Source: Vicugna vicugna (lineage: Eukaryota). From it: a DNA stretch of 64,000 nucleotides. The stretch covers positions 5,973,149 to 6,037,148 of the forward strand of contig MU058213.1 in NCBI GenBank assembly GCA_013265495.1, in the 5' to 3' direction. Below are positions 38,161 through 52,433 of this stretch, piece by piece; positions within the stretch are counted from its first letter, which is position 1; the number at the start of each line of letters is the position of its first letter. A model generated the notes under the pieces. The model did not search any database. It had not been told where the DNA came from and saw only the letters and a list, made by a program, of their open reading frames with translations. The translations under genes and the position numbers were made by a program.

Positions 38161-40149
38161 AACAGTACACAAGTAAGTGGTAGTTAATGTATTATCAGTG
38201 ATATTGTATCTTCTAAAATATTTATAAACTACTGTAAAATTTATTTCTGTTACTGGGGTATCATTTCCAGTTTGTGATCTGATCCCTGATGTTTGGGATG
38301 GCAAAAGTTTGGAAAACCTAACTTGTATTTATCCTGCTAGAACTGAATTGATCTGTTTGAAACTGTCTTCCTAGACGTGGATTTACTTATTTTATTCCAG
38401 TGTGAGTGAATATTTCTTCACATAAATAGCAGTTCTGGGTAGCAATTCTAAGGCCTGGACTTAATTTTCAGTCATCTTCCTTTATCTTAAACAAGATTCA
38501 ATTTAAAATATTTTTTCTTTTCTCTCCCATCATCCTTGTTAATCCTCAGTTGCCTCTTTTTCAGTTGCCACTTTCTTCCCCAACAGGAAGAACTCATAGT
38601 TTATGTATACTGAAACCAAAATTCTGAAGATTGCCCAAAAAGTATATAGTAAATGTTTGTAGGCTGCACTTAACATGTATGGGAATCCATATTAGGATTA
38701 GGGTTAGTATATTTATCTAGAATATGAAATTCTTTGAAACAGGTTAGCATTTTAACTTTTTAAAGTTATCACCTTGTGCAGTGACTGGTAGCAGAAAAAC
38801 TGAAAAAGGTTTAGCTGACATTAGGCTTACCAAATAATTTCCCCAAACCAGTATCCTAGAATTGTTTAGTAGCTTGCTATTTTTATTTCTTGCCACAAGG
38901 ATTTTCACTTGCTGTCTGAATACACAGATTCAAGGAAGACAAAACTGTCATTTAGTCCGAATAACCTTGGAAATCCCTAAAGTTGCCCATAAAATACAAA
39001 ATATAGACATACAGTCTCTCAAAGTCCAACACATCCTGTTTTTCCTTCAGTATTGGAACAAATCATGTTTCATTGTTAAACACCAGATGAAGTAGTAGGC
39101 TGTGTTTATGGTCCATGTTGTGGGAAAAATAAATTTCTCTAAACATTAGAATCTGACAGAACAGCAAGATGCTCATAACACAAGAGGTACATGGAAAGTA
39201 AGACCAACTAGAAAATAGTAAAATGTTACCTTTTTGTCTTCTTTCTGGGCATATAATCATTGAACATTGACTAGCAAACATAATCTACATGGTCTAAATT
39301 ATTTTTTTTTATTTCATGTAGTTGAATTTATATTATGAGTGTATTCTCTATCCAGAGGTATTCCCCCGACCCAATATTCAGTATGCCTTACCTTCAGTCA
39401 TTAAAATATCAGTAACACTTCCTGGCTTTTCTCTTATGACTCTTTTCTCATTCTTTAGAACATACTCTTTAATGAATATTTTCCAATTTTATATTTTGAT
39501 CTAAATCACATAGGTAGAGGTAAAACAACTTTTATGTAAATAAACTTGTTGGACTTCATTCAAGGAAAAATTGTTCCCTTGGACACTTCTGCTCAATACA
39601 TTAGATCTTACATTCTCAGGGCACCTGCTATCTTTTCTAATCTAGTTTTCTGTCTTATTTTTATTTTATTACACCAACCTTTGCTTTGGGGCTTTAACAA
39701 CTCAGGGTTTTGGTTTGATCTGCAAGAGGAATTTGAGGTTCTCTTGAATAACACCAGGTGGGTGTACCTGCAAAATTGAAGGACTGCCCCCCAAAAAAGC
39801 GAGAGTGAGAAGGAATTCCTGTAGAAAAGCTTGCGGATTTTTTTTTTTGCCAGGATGATTTTAAAAACCTAGCTGACTTCCTATTTAAAACAATAATAAA
39901 AGTCAGGATGTGCATACATTATTTGGTTTAAAATTTACAACCTTTTGAAGTAGATAGTTCCGTTTTTCAAAGAAGGAAATTTAGGCACAGAATGGTTAGC
40001 AACTTGCTGAAGACTCACAGCAATGATAGGGTAGAAGGAATTTAACATCAGTAGGTTTTGTGTCACCTGAGAAAGGAATGCTTAATTCAGTGTCTTAACC
40101 AGTATTTCCGTAATGCCTTTAAGGAAAACAATAAACTGTGTTTATATCT

Positions 40150-40555
40150 CCACTGGGCACCCTCTTCCTCCCTGGTAACCATAAGTTTGTTTTCTATGCC
40201 TGTAAGTCTGCCTCTGTTTTGTAAGTTCATTTATGTCCTTTTTTTTTTAAGAGTCTGCATAAAAAGTGATATGGTATTTTTCTTTCTCTTTCTGGCTTCA
40301 CTTAGTCTGAAGGTCTCCAGGTGCATCCATGTAGCTGCGAATGGCATTATTTTATTCTTTGTTATGGCTGCATAGTATTCTATTATATACCACAACTTCT
40401 TTATCCAGTCATCTGTTGATGGACGTTTATGCTGCTTCTATGTCTTCGCTGTTGTAAATAGTGCTGCTGTGAACTTTGGGGAGCATGTATCTTTTCAAAT
40501 TAGAGTTATTTTCCTAATATATGCCCAGGAGTGGAATTGCTGGATCATAGGGTGG
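40150..40555 (-). mobile_element. L1 3' fragment
   Basis: ggtaaccataagtttgttttctatg...catccatgtagctgcgaatggcattattttattc...atgcccaggagtggaattgctggatcat. Confidence 0.85.
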
Positions 40556-42733
40556 TATGATTTTTGATATTATGGATTAGTTTTGTTCTAAGATCCTTAT
40601 ATAGTTATGAATCAAATTGTGTTACTTTTTTGTGTCTGGCTTCTTTTGCTCATCAGCTGTTTTCTCTCTAGCATTTTACTGTGAAAAATTTCAAACATAC
40701 AAAAATTGAAAGAATTGAACAGTGAACGTCCATTTCCCTATTACTTAGATTCTGCAATTAACAGTTTGCTATTTTTGCTTTATCACATATCATTCCATCT
40801 ATGTATTTATCTAATCGCCCATTAATCAAACTTATTGTTATGTGTGGTGTTTTGTTTTTGTATCTTAAATTAAGTTACAGACATCAGTGCATTTTATCTC
40901 TAAACAAATTCAGCTTCCATGTCATTAGCTAGAGTTGAATATTTGTTTATATTTCTTTGTTTTTTAAGTAAAATTTACATATAGTGAAATGTAAATGTTC
41001 TTGTTTTCTATTTGTCCCATCTATTCTCTGGTCTTTCTTTCCACTCCCACCTCCCCCTTCTTTTGCTCCTTTTAGGCATGAGTTTTTTAGTTTTTGCATT
41101 ATGTTTTATTTCCATTGTTGGCTTATTAGCTATACTTACCTGTTATATTTTTTCTCTATTATGGTTGCTCTAGGGTTTACACTATGCATCTTTAACTTTT
41201 CACAATCTGCCTTCAAGAAATAATAGAGTATTTCATGTATAATATAAGAAACTTACAACAGTCTGCTTTTATTTTCTCCCCTCATGTGCTTTGTGTTATT
41301 ATTGCTATACATTTTACTTTTACATGTTATTGGTTTTGGGGGGTTTCTTTCTTCAAATTTAGGGTTATAGCTAGAGAATAATCCTTGTGAGGATATCTCC
41401 ATGAGGAAAGATGCTAGTAGAATTCACTTTATTCCATTCTGCTTTTACAAAAGTGACCAGATGGTGATGATTTATGAAAAACTCTTTAAACTTTGATAAA
41501 TTCAGACCAGAAAACTTTGATATTTGAGTCTGAAAAAAGATGATTATGTCATGTATTCTTTTTATAGAGCAAGACCAAAATTAGAATTTAGAGCATTTGT
41601 AAGTGAATGTCTCTGAATATTATTCAGTTATTGACTCTAGGCAAATTATTCCATGAAAAACATTTTTTAAGATTCCTCCCCTGTGATTTTAATCTGTATA
41701 TGAGATAAATTTAGTTGTACTTTATATTTATTAAAGATTTTGTTTTTAAAGGATTTTGCTAATCTCATTCTAAGCTTTCACTTTCTGGTCCTGATTTTGT
41801 CATTCAGTTTATATGTAATCCTTTTTCAGCTTTGTGTCACTTGAGACTATGGTGAACATTCCATTTATACCTTCATGTGAAATCATGGTTAAAAACAGAT
41901 TTTGGAATGCATGTTGTAGGCTGATTTTTAATTATACACTTCATTTATATTGCTGATTACTTATACATTTCTAGACAAGTTTGGAAATTGATCTTTATTC
42001 TGTTTTAACTTTCACGTGTATTATAGCTTGTAGTTCTTCTCTCCCTACTCTGAAGGGTAATGAAGTTGAGACTGTTTTGCCTGGTGAGAGTGCTAGGGAG
42101 CTTAGTGTTATTGCTGGGGATTAAGGGAGAACATAGGGCTTTAGTTCTTACAGATTCCTCCCTCTGTTATTAAATTGAAACAAATTCTAGGGGAAATCTT
42201 GTAATTCTGTGGACCTTTGTCTAGTCTTTCATATGCTGAAAAGTATCCCTAGAAGTCGTCTTATTTTTCCCTTTTCAACAGTAGTTCTAGACAAATAGTT
42301 GTTTGAAGTGGAATGGCGTCTTTGAAGATTTTGTGTTGTCTGTGAGAAGAGCATATGATGTCTTTCAGAAAAATGATTTTGTAAATTTTGTAGATATGCT
42401 TCATCATTAAATATGTGGTTCATTCTGAGAACCTTTGCCATGGAAAATAGAATAATCAAGTCTCATTTCCTCCCATTTCACTGTTTTCCCCTTTATTCTT
42501 CCTAGAAAACCTTGCCTGATACACCCTCTCCTTCAGAATTGAATTAGGTATTACTTAAATTTGTTTCAGTGCAAACTTCTTTGATAACACTGTATTTTAG
42601 GTACCTACTGATAAGTTTCCCTACCTGCTCAACTGTAACTTAAGGACAGGTCTCTGTCTTATTCATCTTTGTATTTACAATATTTGTGGCAGTCTAACAC
42701 ATTTAAGATACTCAGGAAATGTTTATTGCATGA

Positions 42734-43072
42734 TGTATTCATTTGCTAGGGCTTCCATAACAAAATACCGCATAGTGGGTGGCTTAAACAGCAAAAATCT
42801 GTTTTCTCACAGTTATGGAAACTCCTGAGGTCTCTCTGTCCTTGATTTGCAGATGACTGCCTTCCTACTGTATCCTCACGTTTTTTTTTCTCTGACTCTG
42901 TATCCAGATTCTTCTTATAAAGGACACCAGTCACATTGGATTAGGGCCCCCTCATGACCTTATTTAACCTTAATTACCTCTTTAAAGGCCCTATATGTAG
43001 TCACCTTCTGAGGTACTGGGGGTTAAGATTTCAACATTTGAATGTTGAGGGGACACAGTTCCGTCCATAATA
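42734..43072 (-). mobile_element. MLT1B-like MaLR solo LTR
   Basis: tgctagggcttccataacaaaataccgca...aaggacaccagtcacattggattagggccc...ttctgaggtactgggggttaagatttcaacat. Confidence 0.87.
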
Positions 43073-43814
43073 CATAGATACTTTGATTTGGTATATATTC
43101 AGCTGAAGGTGATTTGTTATGATCTAACACCATACCAAGGTTGTGAAAGTTGGTAACAATGATTTCCTAGTTTGTGTAAGAACAAATGGTTTAATTTTGG
43201 TGTTTTAATTCCCACTTGGGTAATTGTAGTACATATTTAATGATCTAAGAACCTGTAGCATATGGTTTGAAGTACTACCTAGCCATTCTTGTTTAGTAAG
43301 TTTCTTTCCTTTATTCTTTAGAAAGGTCACTAAAAAATTGATAAAATGTACACTCACATACACATTTGGGCACATGTAAGCTTTGTAGACATATTGGCTG
43401 TTAATGCATGATTGCTGAACATTTTAACCCAAGTAAATCATGTTTATTTGTAAATTCCCAGTGGTAATTTGGAAAGGTTGATACCATTTAATAACTTCTC
43501 TGTGGAAATTCCGTGAATTATATGTAATTTCCCAATGTATACAGATACATGCCTTGCTATCCCAGTGGAGCTTCCAGATGGTTTTAGGCCCATTCTTTTC
43601 CCTTGATAGTGCCAACTTTAATTTCCCACTCCCTCCTCCCTTAGTAGTTCAGTGTAAGATTTGGGGTAATATTATTGTCAGCAGTGAGGGAATGGTGAGA
43701 TTGGAGAGCAGGGTAAACTCCATTGTCTCTAATTTGTCTCCTCCCTTTCCTAGGGATTTGGGAAATTTGCAAATAATGCCCTAGTGTTCTCTTCCCCCTT
43801 GAAAAAAAAATAAA

Positions 43815-44752
43815 GCTTTTATTTTACAGTAGTTTTTCATTTACAGAAAAGTTGCAAAGATAGTACACAAAATTCCCATAAACTCCTCCCCCCGTTTCCC
43901 CTATTGTTAACATCTTACTGTACATCTATTGCAACTAAGAAATCAACTTTGGTATATTACTATTAACTAAACTCCAGGTATTATTTGATTGTAGTCTCCT
44001 GTGGTCTCACATATTTTGGCCTTTGCTTGTTTTTCATGACTTTAATAGTTTTGAAGAGTGCTCATCAGGTGTTTTATAGAATGCCCTCAGCTTGGGTTTG
44101 CCTAATGTTTTTCTCATTGGTTTGACCGGGGTTGTGGGTTTCCAGAAGAATACCACAGAAGTGAAGTGCCCTTGTTAGCAACTGACTATAATTGATGATT
44201 ATTAACCTCGATCACCTGGCCAGGGTAGTGTCTGCCAGGTCTCACCACTATAAAGTTACTCTCCTTTCCCATTAGTTTTTTATTTGGAAGCAAGTCGCTA
44301 ATGGTGGACAAATTGTTAAGCTCCACCTCCTGGAAGGGCTGTATCTATGATAATCATTTGGAATTATTTTATTTAATTTTTTTAGAATTCTTCTGTAAGG
44401 AAGATTCATCTTTTTTTCCTCTCACATGTTTATTAATTCAATCGTTTGCATCAGAATGGACTAAATTGTTATTTATTTCATACTTTGGGTTAGAATTCAA
44501 TACTGTGTTATTTTGTTGGAACAGTTGTTCTAGCTTTGGCCATTGGGAGCTCTTTCAGGTTGGCTCCAGTGTCCCTTTGATATACCTCTATCCTTTTGGT
44601 TTTTTGTGTTCTTGGCTTTCTGGCGCTGTAAGATGCTCTAGGTTCATCTTCTGTTTTTCTTGCCATAGTCCTAGTATCAGCCATTACTCCAAGGAGCCCT
44701 GGTTCCTTTTGTTGGAGAATAGTATTAAAAATCAGAATCTGGATGCTAGGTC
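43815..44752 (-). mobile_element. L1MC-type 3' UTR fragment
   Basis: tttacagaaaagttgcaaagatagtacac...cagccattactccaaggagccctggttccttttgttggagaatagtatt. Confidence 0.85.
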
Positions 44753-47700
44753 CTAGTGCCTTTTCCCCTTGACTCTTCAGTTCCTATGCAAAATGTGGAA
44801 ACTCTGAACCTGGATACTTGAATGGATGTAGCATCACACATTTGTATCATAGCACTTGGTAGTATCTGTGTGTGTTGTCTTTGTCTTCTGCTGTGGAGTT
44901 ATAAATACAGCTTTCTAAAAGCACTTCTGAGTGTTTAAGAAAACGAAGAGCTGGTGATGTTCACAGGGTTTTCTGGACTTCCCAATTTCTTACCTTTAAA
45001 AATTCTGTTGTTCAGTCTCTGTCCTCCTACTTACATTTAGCCTTAGATCTTAGAATTGACACCCATGAGGGACCAAAGTTTTTAAATAACAAACCGAAAT
45101 CCCTCTCTCTCCCCCACCTTTTTCTTCCCCCGTTTGGTTATTTTGCTTTATAAATTGCTCAAAAATAAAGAATAAAAATAAGTAAAACATAGGATAGAAA
45201 TCACTCATGTTTTCCTTCTTATCAGTTTGAAGAAATTTTGCATATTAGGAATATAGTGTTCAAATTTTGCAGGCATTTTGCATATTTGAAAATTGTATTC
45301 TTTTACCATTTTCATGAATTTATATGCAGTTTTTTGTACTATTGACATTGTCATCTTATTTGTACATTTTCAATAAAAATTGAGATAATATTGTTAGTCA
45401 CAACTGTCATGTTAACCTGGTAAACAATTAAAAATTATTAATGATATTATTGTAAATATGTCTAAAACATGCTATATTTTGTTTGTTTTACTGAGAACAG
45501 TCTCTTCTGGATGGCTCAGAATCATGACTATGAACATCAGCTTTTATTCTGTGCTTTATTACAGTGTTGCTCTCAGAATCTGTTCACATAAATAATGTTA
45601 TTTAATCTAGACAACTGCTGGTTTTTTAGTTACTGGGCTCAGTGCCTTTGTCTGTCTTTTAATTGTTGTTAGGTGCTGCCACCAGTATCCTATCTGTTAT
45701 GCCTGTAATCCAGAGAAGTAAGCTTATTAGAATTATATGTAAAATAAATAGTCTCAGTATTAAATTGCATGTGACCTTTCTGACAGTTATTTTGAACCTT
45801 CATAGAATCATTTTCCTTTAGGCTCTGTTCCCAAGAGTTGAAGTTGCTGGAAATCTGACTTCCAAAGAAATGAAGTATTTATTACTGCCTCACAGAAAGA
45901 GAAAAAAGGGGTTATTTTAACAGCATGATAAAACCTGAAGAGTATTTTATGCAAGGAAATTATAAGTGAATTATGAAAGATGCAATATTTTAACATGACT
46001 ATTTGCTTGGGTGGGAGTATGAGGTTTATGTCTAAGTGTGATACCAGCAAAAAAACAACATTTATCCCCAAATAGTGTAGTTCTATAGTGTTCTGCAGTT
46101 TGTGGCTTTAGCTTGCTTGTTGAGCAGTACTCTGAAAAAATGTTGAAACCTTCAAGGTCATATTTTGGTGTTTTGGCTCAAGTTTTTTCACTTCTGAGGA
46201 TGCAGTCCTTGATTTGGTAAACCACTTTTCCTTCCATCACTTTACCCCACACCCCCTAAAACTGCCCTTTGCCCCCACCGCTGCAAAGCCCCCTTCTCCC
46301 TGGTCTCTACTTTCCTTCCAGCCTACTCCTGTCAGCACTCCTTAAGTCTTCCTAAACTGTGGTTAGTAGAAACATAATCTCTCACTTCTTAATGATTTGA
46401 CTCCAGCTTATTTTCTCCCACTAAAAAACAAAAATAAAAACACCTACACCCCAAACATTGGAGTATTTAGATACTGTAATTTCTTACCATGTCTCAGCAT
46501 TGTTTGAAATGAAGGATTTTCTCCACCTGCCATCACCTTCTGCACCCTTCATGGTTTGACTTAGATGTCATCTTCTCTGTGAAGCCTTTCAGAGAGACAC
46601 CACATGCTTCCTCCTTTGTGTTCCATAGGGAATGCTTTTATTTATATCATTGTTCATAGTATTCTGTATTTTGGTTATTTATATTCTTTCAACTGTACTA
46701 AATTATGAGCTGCTTAAGGTAGGACCCTGTATCTTACTTTTATCTTCACCCACAGATCCAGCATACAAAGTAATTATTCTGTAATTAATTGAATAACTGG
46801 ACATATACTGTATTAGTCAAAAATTGTCAGCTTGACATTTTCAGCCCGTCATCATTTGGTTCCACCGTATTTTCACATAGTGATTCCTGCTTCTCTCAGG
46901 GATGTGTGCTCAATCCTTCGCTGAGATTGTTCTCTTCAAAGTCTTGTGTAAGGCACAGTAATTTTTATTTTTATACTTTTGATTTTGTTTCTCCTTACTT
47001 CTTTAGCAGCATTCAACATAGGTAACTGCTTATTCATAAGTAAAAGACCAAGTCACTTAAAATTATTGGCAAAATTCAGTTCAAAATGTTAAATGTGCTT
47101 CTAAAGATTTAAGACCTTATTTAGCAGTGTGGTTTAATTTTACATTTAGCTCTTACAAGACTGTTAAGTTTTGATAAGATATTAGGCATAAAAAAATACT
47201 GTCTTTGAGTTGGTTTCTATCACTTTAAAAAAAAGAGAGAGAGAGAGAGAGAACTCTCAATTCACCAAGTTCCAGTCTCCAGGGAATCCTGGAGACCACT
47301 TGAAGTTCAGTTTTGGAAAGTGGAAGTTTAAATAATAGTAATCTGTAAAAGTAGTTTGTAAATTTGAAGCTTTTTGAAAGTTGTCAGACTGATTACTTGA
47401 AAAAATATCAAGAACAGAAGGTTGTGAAGGTTTGTTTTCTTTGTACATTTTTTTGACTTCTTATTGACATTTCAATTAACTAAACAATAATAGTTGGCTA
47501 TACTTTCATTGGTGAAAGATTTTGTAAAATGTTTTGATGATAGATTATTACTTTCCAGGCATTAAAATTTTTTCAGTGAGTTATGTTCAGAAACAACATG
47601 CCCAGGACTGTAGACTAGTATCAGTAAATAAAAAGCATAATCGGCTCTCAAATTTGACAGTTCCATTCAAATTTGCCAATAATCGGATGCCATCTGTCTA

Positions 47701-48184
47701 TTTCTACCCTACTCTGTCATTAAGCTGTCCAGGACTGGTGATCATTTCTGGTCACTAAGGAATTTTATTGCTTAGTCAAGATTCTTGGAAAAATCATACT
47801 AGCATATATTTGATTTATGCAGTAATCTGCTATTTAGAAAGTTGTGTCCTGGTCCAGTGGAAGAATAAAGTATGTGCAGTGATAATTTCTCACTCCTTTA
47901 AAAAATCCTTGTACTTTGATTTCAGAAGCGGCAAATGGTCAGTTTATAAAAAAAGTTCAAAACATGAGGAAATTTGTAACATAAAAGGTAAAAGCTCCTA
48001 ACCTAGTGCTGTAAATTACTACTCTACAATTTTCCCCATGCACATATAAACATAAGTTGTTTTTACAGAAAGGACTTGTATAGGCTTATTTGCAACCTGC
48101 TTTGAAAAATTATCATTTTATCTAGAACCTACCTCATTTTTAAAGACTACTTAGCAGTTTATTTTATACATATACCTTAATTAG

Positions 48185-48500
48185 TTTTAAATTGAAGTAT
48201 AGTTTATTTACAATATTGGTTTCAGCGAGTACAGCATAGTGATTCAATATTTTAATAGATTATACTCTATTTAAAGTTATGGTAAAATAATGGCTATATT
48301 TCCTTGTGTTGTACAATGTATCCTTGTAGTGTATTTGTTTCATGCATAGTAATTTGTGCCTCTTAATCCCCTACCCCTGTCTTGCATCTCCCTTCTTCCC
48401 TCTCCCCATGGGTAACCACTAGTTTTTTTCTTTATCTGTGAGTCTGCTTCTGTTTTGTTGCACTTATTTTTATTTTAGATTGCATATATAAGTGATAACA
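48185..48500 (-). mobile_element. L1 3' end
   Basis: ttttaaattgaagtatagtt...ggtaaccactagt...tatctgtgagtctgcttctgttttg. Confidence 0.8.
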
Positions 48501-49639
48501 GGATATGCCCTAATTTTATCTTTGTTTTAAAAATTGATGCTTGATTTAAAAAAGGAAAAAAATTTTTGAGTTCAGAATTTCCCTTTCAGTTCTGTCTTCC
48601 TCAGTTATATACGTAACTGTATAGTTATTATTTTAATTGTTGATTACTTGAGAGTTCCAGTGAACAAAATGATGAGATACTGAATGCAAACAACATGAAT
48701 TTTAATTTTTGTATTTATGTATTTAGACTATTTGAAAAAAAATACAATGTTTTAAAAGACCTAACACGTCTATGGTGATGTATTTGTGTTTTACATTTCA
48801 AAAAATGTATGACTTTCTTCTAATTTATAGCAGACAATTTGGAGTCTATTCATTTAGAAATGAGGTGTCTCTCCAGTTATGAGAATTGTCTTGTAGTTTT
48901 TTGCATATAGGCCGTTTTTGGTTAATTCTTTCAGATTTTCTCTGTAGAGCGTATTTTATTTAATAGATCATTAGCAGTATCTTTATTTCTCATATTTCAT
49001 GTTACAATATAAATTTCAGAGTCCAGACCAGAAATGTTAGACATTTGTGCATTGTACCCTATAATTTGTAGTACTGCCTTCCTAACCAGTTGAAACTAAC
49101 TGCCAGATACTCTTTGGGCTTCCCAGGCTAGATAAATCCTTCATTTCGCCACTGGCCATGATAATAGCACAGTCATGACTAGAGCAGTAGACTCTGTATA
49201 ATGTGTTGAACTCCGCCCAGTTTGTACTGATAGGAGACCTAAGTAGATGTTAGATGTGTTTTTCTTTGATGACTAATACTTAGAGATTTTAGAGTTCTTT
49301 AAACAAGACCAGTAAGAAAATTATTAAGTTCATTGAGTAATAGAAACCTATTATTTGAGATATTTATCTTTTTCCAAAAGTAGAATGTACTGGTATTAGA
49401 AATTAGGGAGTGGAAATATCTAGCTCCCCAAACTTTCTAATCCTTCATAGAAAAGTCTAGAATTTTTTGCTTTTATAGGTTTTGTGCCAAAGAAACTTAG
49501 TCCTTTATTTCTTTTAAGGTTCTCTAGAAATAATCAATTTTATACCCCTCTTTGTCTCTAAGGATTTTATTTCTAGTAACAAGGCAAGGCCTTAAACATT
49601 ATATGCCTTATGTGTGTAACTGCTCCTCTAGAAAAGGAA

Positions 49640-49830
49640 TTAATAATAATAGTTATTATGCCAAGTACTCTGCTAGGTACTCTCATTTAACCCTGAAGGC
49701 AATTTTATGAGGTACATACTATAATTGTCCTAATTTTATAGAGGAGAAACAGTGTTAGTTTAGGTAATACGCCCTAGGTTACACAGCTAGTCAGGAACAG
49801 AGCCAAGACTTGAATCCAAATATTTTTAGT
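49640..49830 (-). mobile_element. MIR SINE
   Basis: tctcatttaaccctg...tatgaggtacatactat...ttttatagaggagaaac...ctaggttacacagctagtc...agagccaagacttgaatcca. Confidence 0.8.
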
Positions 49831-50555
49831 ACTCAAATAAATAACACTTATCTTTGCTTCATTATTTAAAAAGGAGTCTTTTTGTCAATGATCCCACTTA
49901 AATGTGGATAATCACCTTCCCTGTTATCACTCAGTATCCTTTGAGCGTTTCATTTTCCTTTATGTTTTCCCAGAGTTCCTAGATTTGCTATAGCTTTTTT
50001 TTGGTTATTGTTATAATGCCTTAATTTTCTCTTGCTTTCTCAAAAATTTTGTGAGACTTCTTAGTTTTGAAATCTTCCTCTTCATGATTTGGTTAACTAG
50101 TTTTCTACCTTGAGTCATTTGAGGTCAGATTTGTCCTGGGGGGTGGGGCACAAAGATTCTACATTCATAGAGTAAGCCTTAGGTGAGATAATCAACCCAT
50201 ATGAACTGAACTCTAAATGTAAACATGGTGCTATCTGTGCTTCTCAGTTCCCCTTTCCCTTTTAGAGGAAATATGATCCTGGGCAGACCTCTCACAAGGC
50301 AACTTTCAGAGTCTGACAGTTATAAACTCTATTGTACTATATCTTCATTGTACCACCTTCATTCCTTTTAATACCATGAGCAGTAATATCGAGAACAACG
50401 TGAAATGGAGGATGTCTCTGAATCTTCTCACATGAGTATCCCATGTCCAGTTCCTCTCAAGTCATTATCTCTGTGGATATCTGTTTAGGTTAAGGAGTAA
50501 TGTGAACATCCCTAGATTTAGGTCTCAGTCCTTTCACTCTCCATATAAATCATTC

Positions 50556-50692
50556 TTTTTTTAAAAAAATGTTTCTTGGGGAGCGGTAATTAGGTTTGTT
50601 TATTTATTTTTTTAATGGAGGTACTGGGGATCGAATCCAGGACCTCGAGCATGCTAAGCAGGCACTTTACCACTGAGCTATATACCCTCCCC
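50556..50692 (-). mobile_element. tRNA-derived SINE (camelid Vic-1-like)
   Basis: gtaattaggttt...ggtactggggatcgaatccaggacctcgagcatgctaagcaggcactttaccactgagctatataccctcccc. Confidence 0.88.
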
Positions 50693-51553
50693 CCCATACT
50701 TAATTCAGTGACTTTGAAATGCAACCCTAAGACTGATCTGTGACTCTAGCAAATAATAGGACACTCCTTTTTATATCAGTGTAGAGTCATTCAGTGAGAC
50801 TCCCTGTCCTTCCTTTTTTCTACCCAGAGGGTTTCAAGATTTTACTTTTCAAGATTTAGTTTTTCAAGAAATTCTGATCTCCTTAACACAGAACTATGAA
50901 CAGATCTATAGTGTTCTGGAGGACTATGGATAACAGGGAGTGTTTGAAGGTGAAGAGAACTAGAATACTAGTTTCCCTTATTTTATAATTTAAAAATTTT
51001 CCATTAAATTTTGCATAATTGACATAACAATAGTTGTTTCATGTAAGTCCTGTGTCTCATTAAATTTGATACTAGGTATTAAATCTTTTCGTCTCTATGG
51101 TGAGTGGTATATTTTTGTTGTTCTGTAACATTTTCTTTTTTTTATTTATTTTTTTGTTGTTGTTCTGTAACGTTTTCTAACTAGCTACTGTTTGTTTAAA
51201 GGGAGGTCACTGATTTTGAAGTAGTATTTTGCTAAACATACATATAACTGGCCTGTCTTACTGTTTCCAGTGGCTTTCCTGTTGATCTCATCTGTTGATG
51301 TCATCTGAAAAAAATGACCAAAAAAACCCTCCTTTTTAAATGTTTATGTCCGTTCTTTTGTTTGAGTGACTTAACTGATCTTTCCAGAGCAGTGCTAAAT
51401 AGCAATGAAAACCCTTTTTTATTCCTTCTTGATTCTAATGAGAACGCCTATAATGTTTCACCATTAACCATCTCCTTTTTTGCCCCTGAATTGTGCAGGC
51501 CAAATAAAACATGTCTGTGAGCTGAATCCAGCCAGTTCTCTGGTTTGAAGATT

Positions 51554-52433
51554 GATTGATTGATTGACTGTAATACAGTTGATTTGCAATGTTGCGTTAG
51601 TTTCTGGTATACAGCAGAGTGACTCAGTTATACATATATATTATTTTTTATAGTCTTCTCCATTATCGATTTGTTACAGGTTATTAAATATTGTTCCTTG
51701 TGCAATACAATAGGACCTTGTTGTTTATCTGTTTTTTTAAAACAGTTTTATTTTGGAGGGGGTAATTAGGTTTCCATTTATTTATTTATCTTTTAATGGA
51801 AGTACTGGGGATTGAACCCAGGACCCTGTGCATGTTAGACACATACTCTGCTGCTGAGCTATACCCTGCCCCTATCTGTTTTATACATAGTAGTTTGTAT
51901 CTGCTAATCCTAAACTCCTAATTTATCCCTCTCCCACACTCTTTCCCCTTTGGTAACCAAAAGTTTGTCTTCTATGTCTATGAGTCTGTTTCTGTTTTGT
52001 AAATAAATTCAATGGTATCATTTTTTTTAGAGTCCACATACAAGTGATATCATAACATTTGTCTTTGTCTGATTTACTTCACTTAATGTGATAATCTCTG
52101 TGTCCATTCATGTTGCTGCAAATGGCGCTATTTCATTCCTTTTTATGGCTGAGCAATATTCCATTGTATGTATGCTGTAGCTTTTTTATCCATTCATCTG
52201 TCAGTGGATATTTAGATTGCTTGCATGTCTTGGCTGTTGTAAACAGTGCTGCTGTGAAACATTGGAGTGGATGTATCATTTCAAATTAGAGTTTCCCCTG
52301 GATATATGCCCGAGAGAGAGATTGTTGGGTCACATGGCAACTCTCTTTTTAGTTTCTTAAGGAATCTCCATACTGTTTTCCATTGTGGCTGCACCAATTT
52401 ACATTCCCACTAACAGTGTAGGAGGGTTCCCTT
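51554..52433 (-). mobile_element. 5'-truncated L1 3' end with (ATTG)n tail, carrying a nested SINE
   Basis: TSD tttgaagatt at 51544-51553 and 52434-52443; L1 3' UTR and ORF2-end motifs. Confidence 0.87.
51736..51872 (-). mobile_element. tRNA-derived SINE (camelid Vic-1-like) nested in L1
   Basis: Perfect TSD tatctgtttt at 51726-51735 and 51873-51882. Confidence 0.9.

Noticed and set aside
38850..39700. Unique-looking stretch with several short ORFs
   Set aside because: No recognisable protein in the frames I read and no splice or retrocopy hallmarks.
41363..41463. Possible cassette exon after tttctttcttcaaatttag
   Set aside because: The acceptor is plausible but the nearby donors (AAA|GTGACC, ATG|GTGATG) are weak; it cannot be supported without transcript data.
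41464..41533. Possible C/D box snoRNA (GTGATGA...CTGA, 70 nt)
   Set aside because: No terminal stem, no recognisable rRNA/snRNA guide, and far from an intron 3' end.
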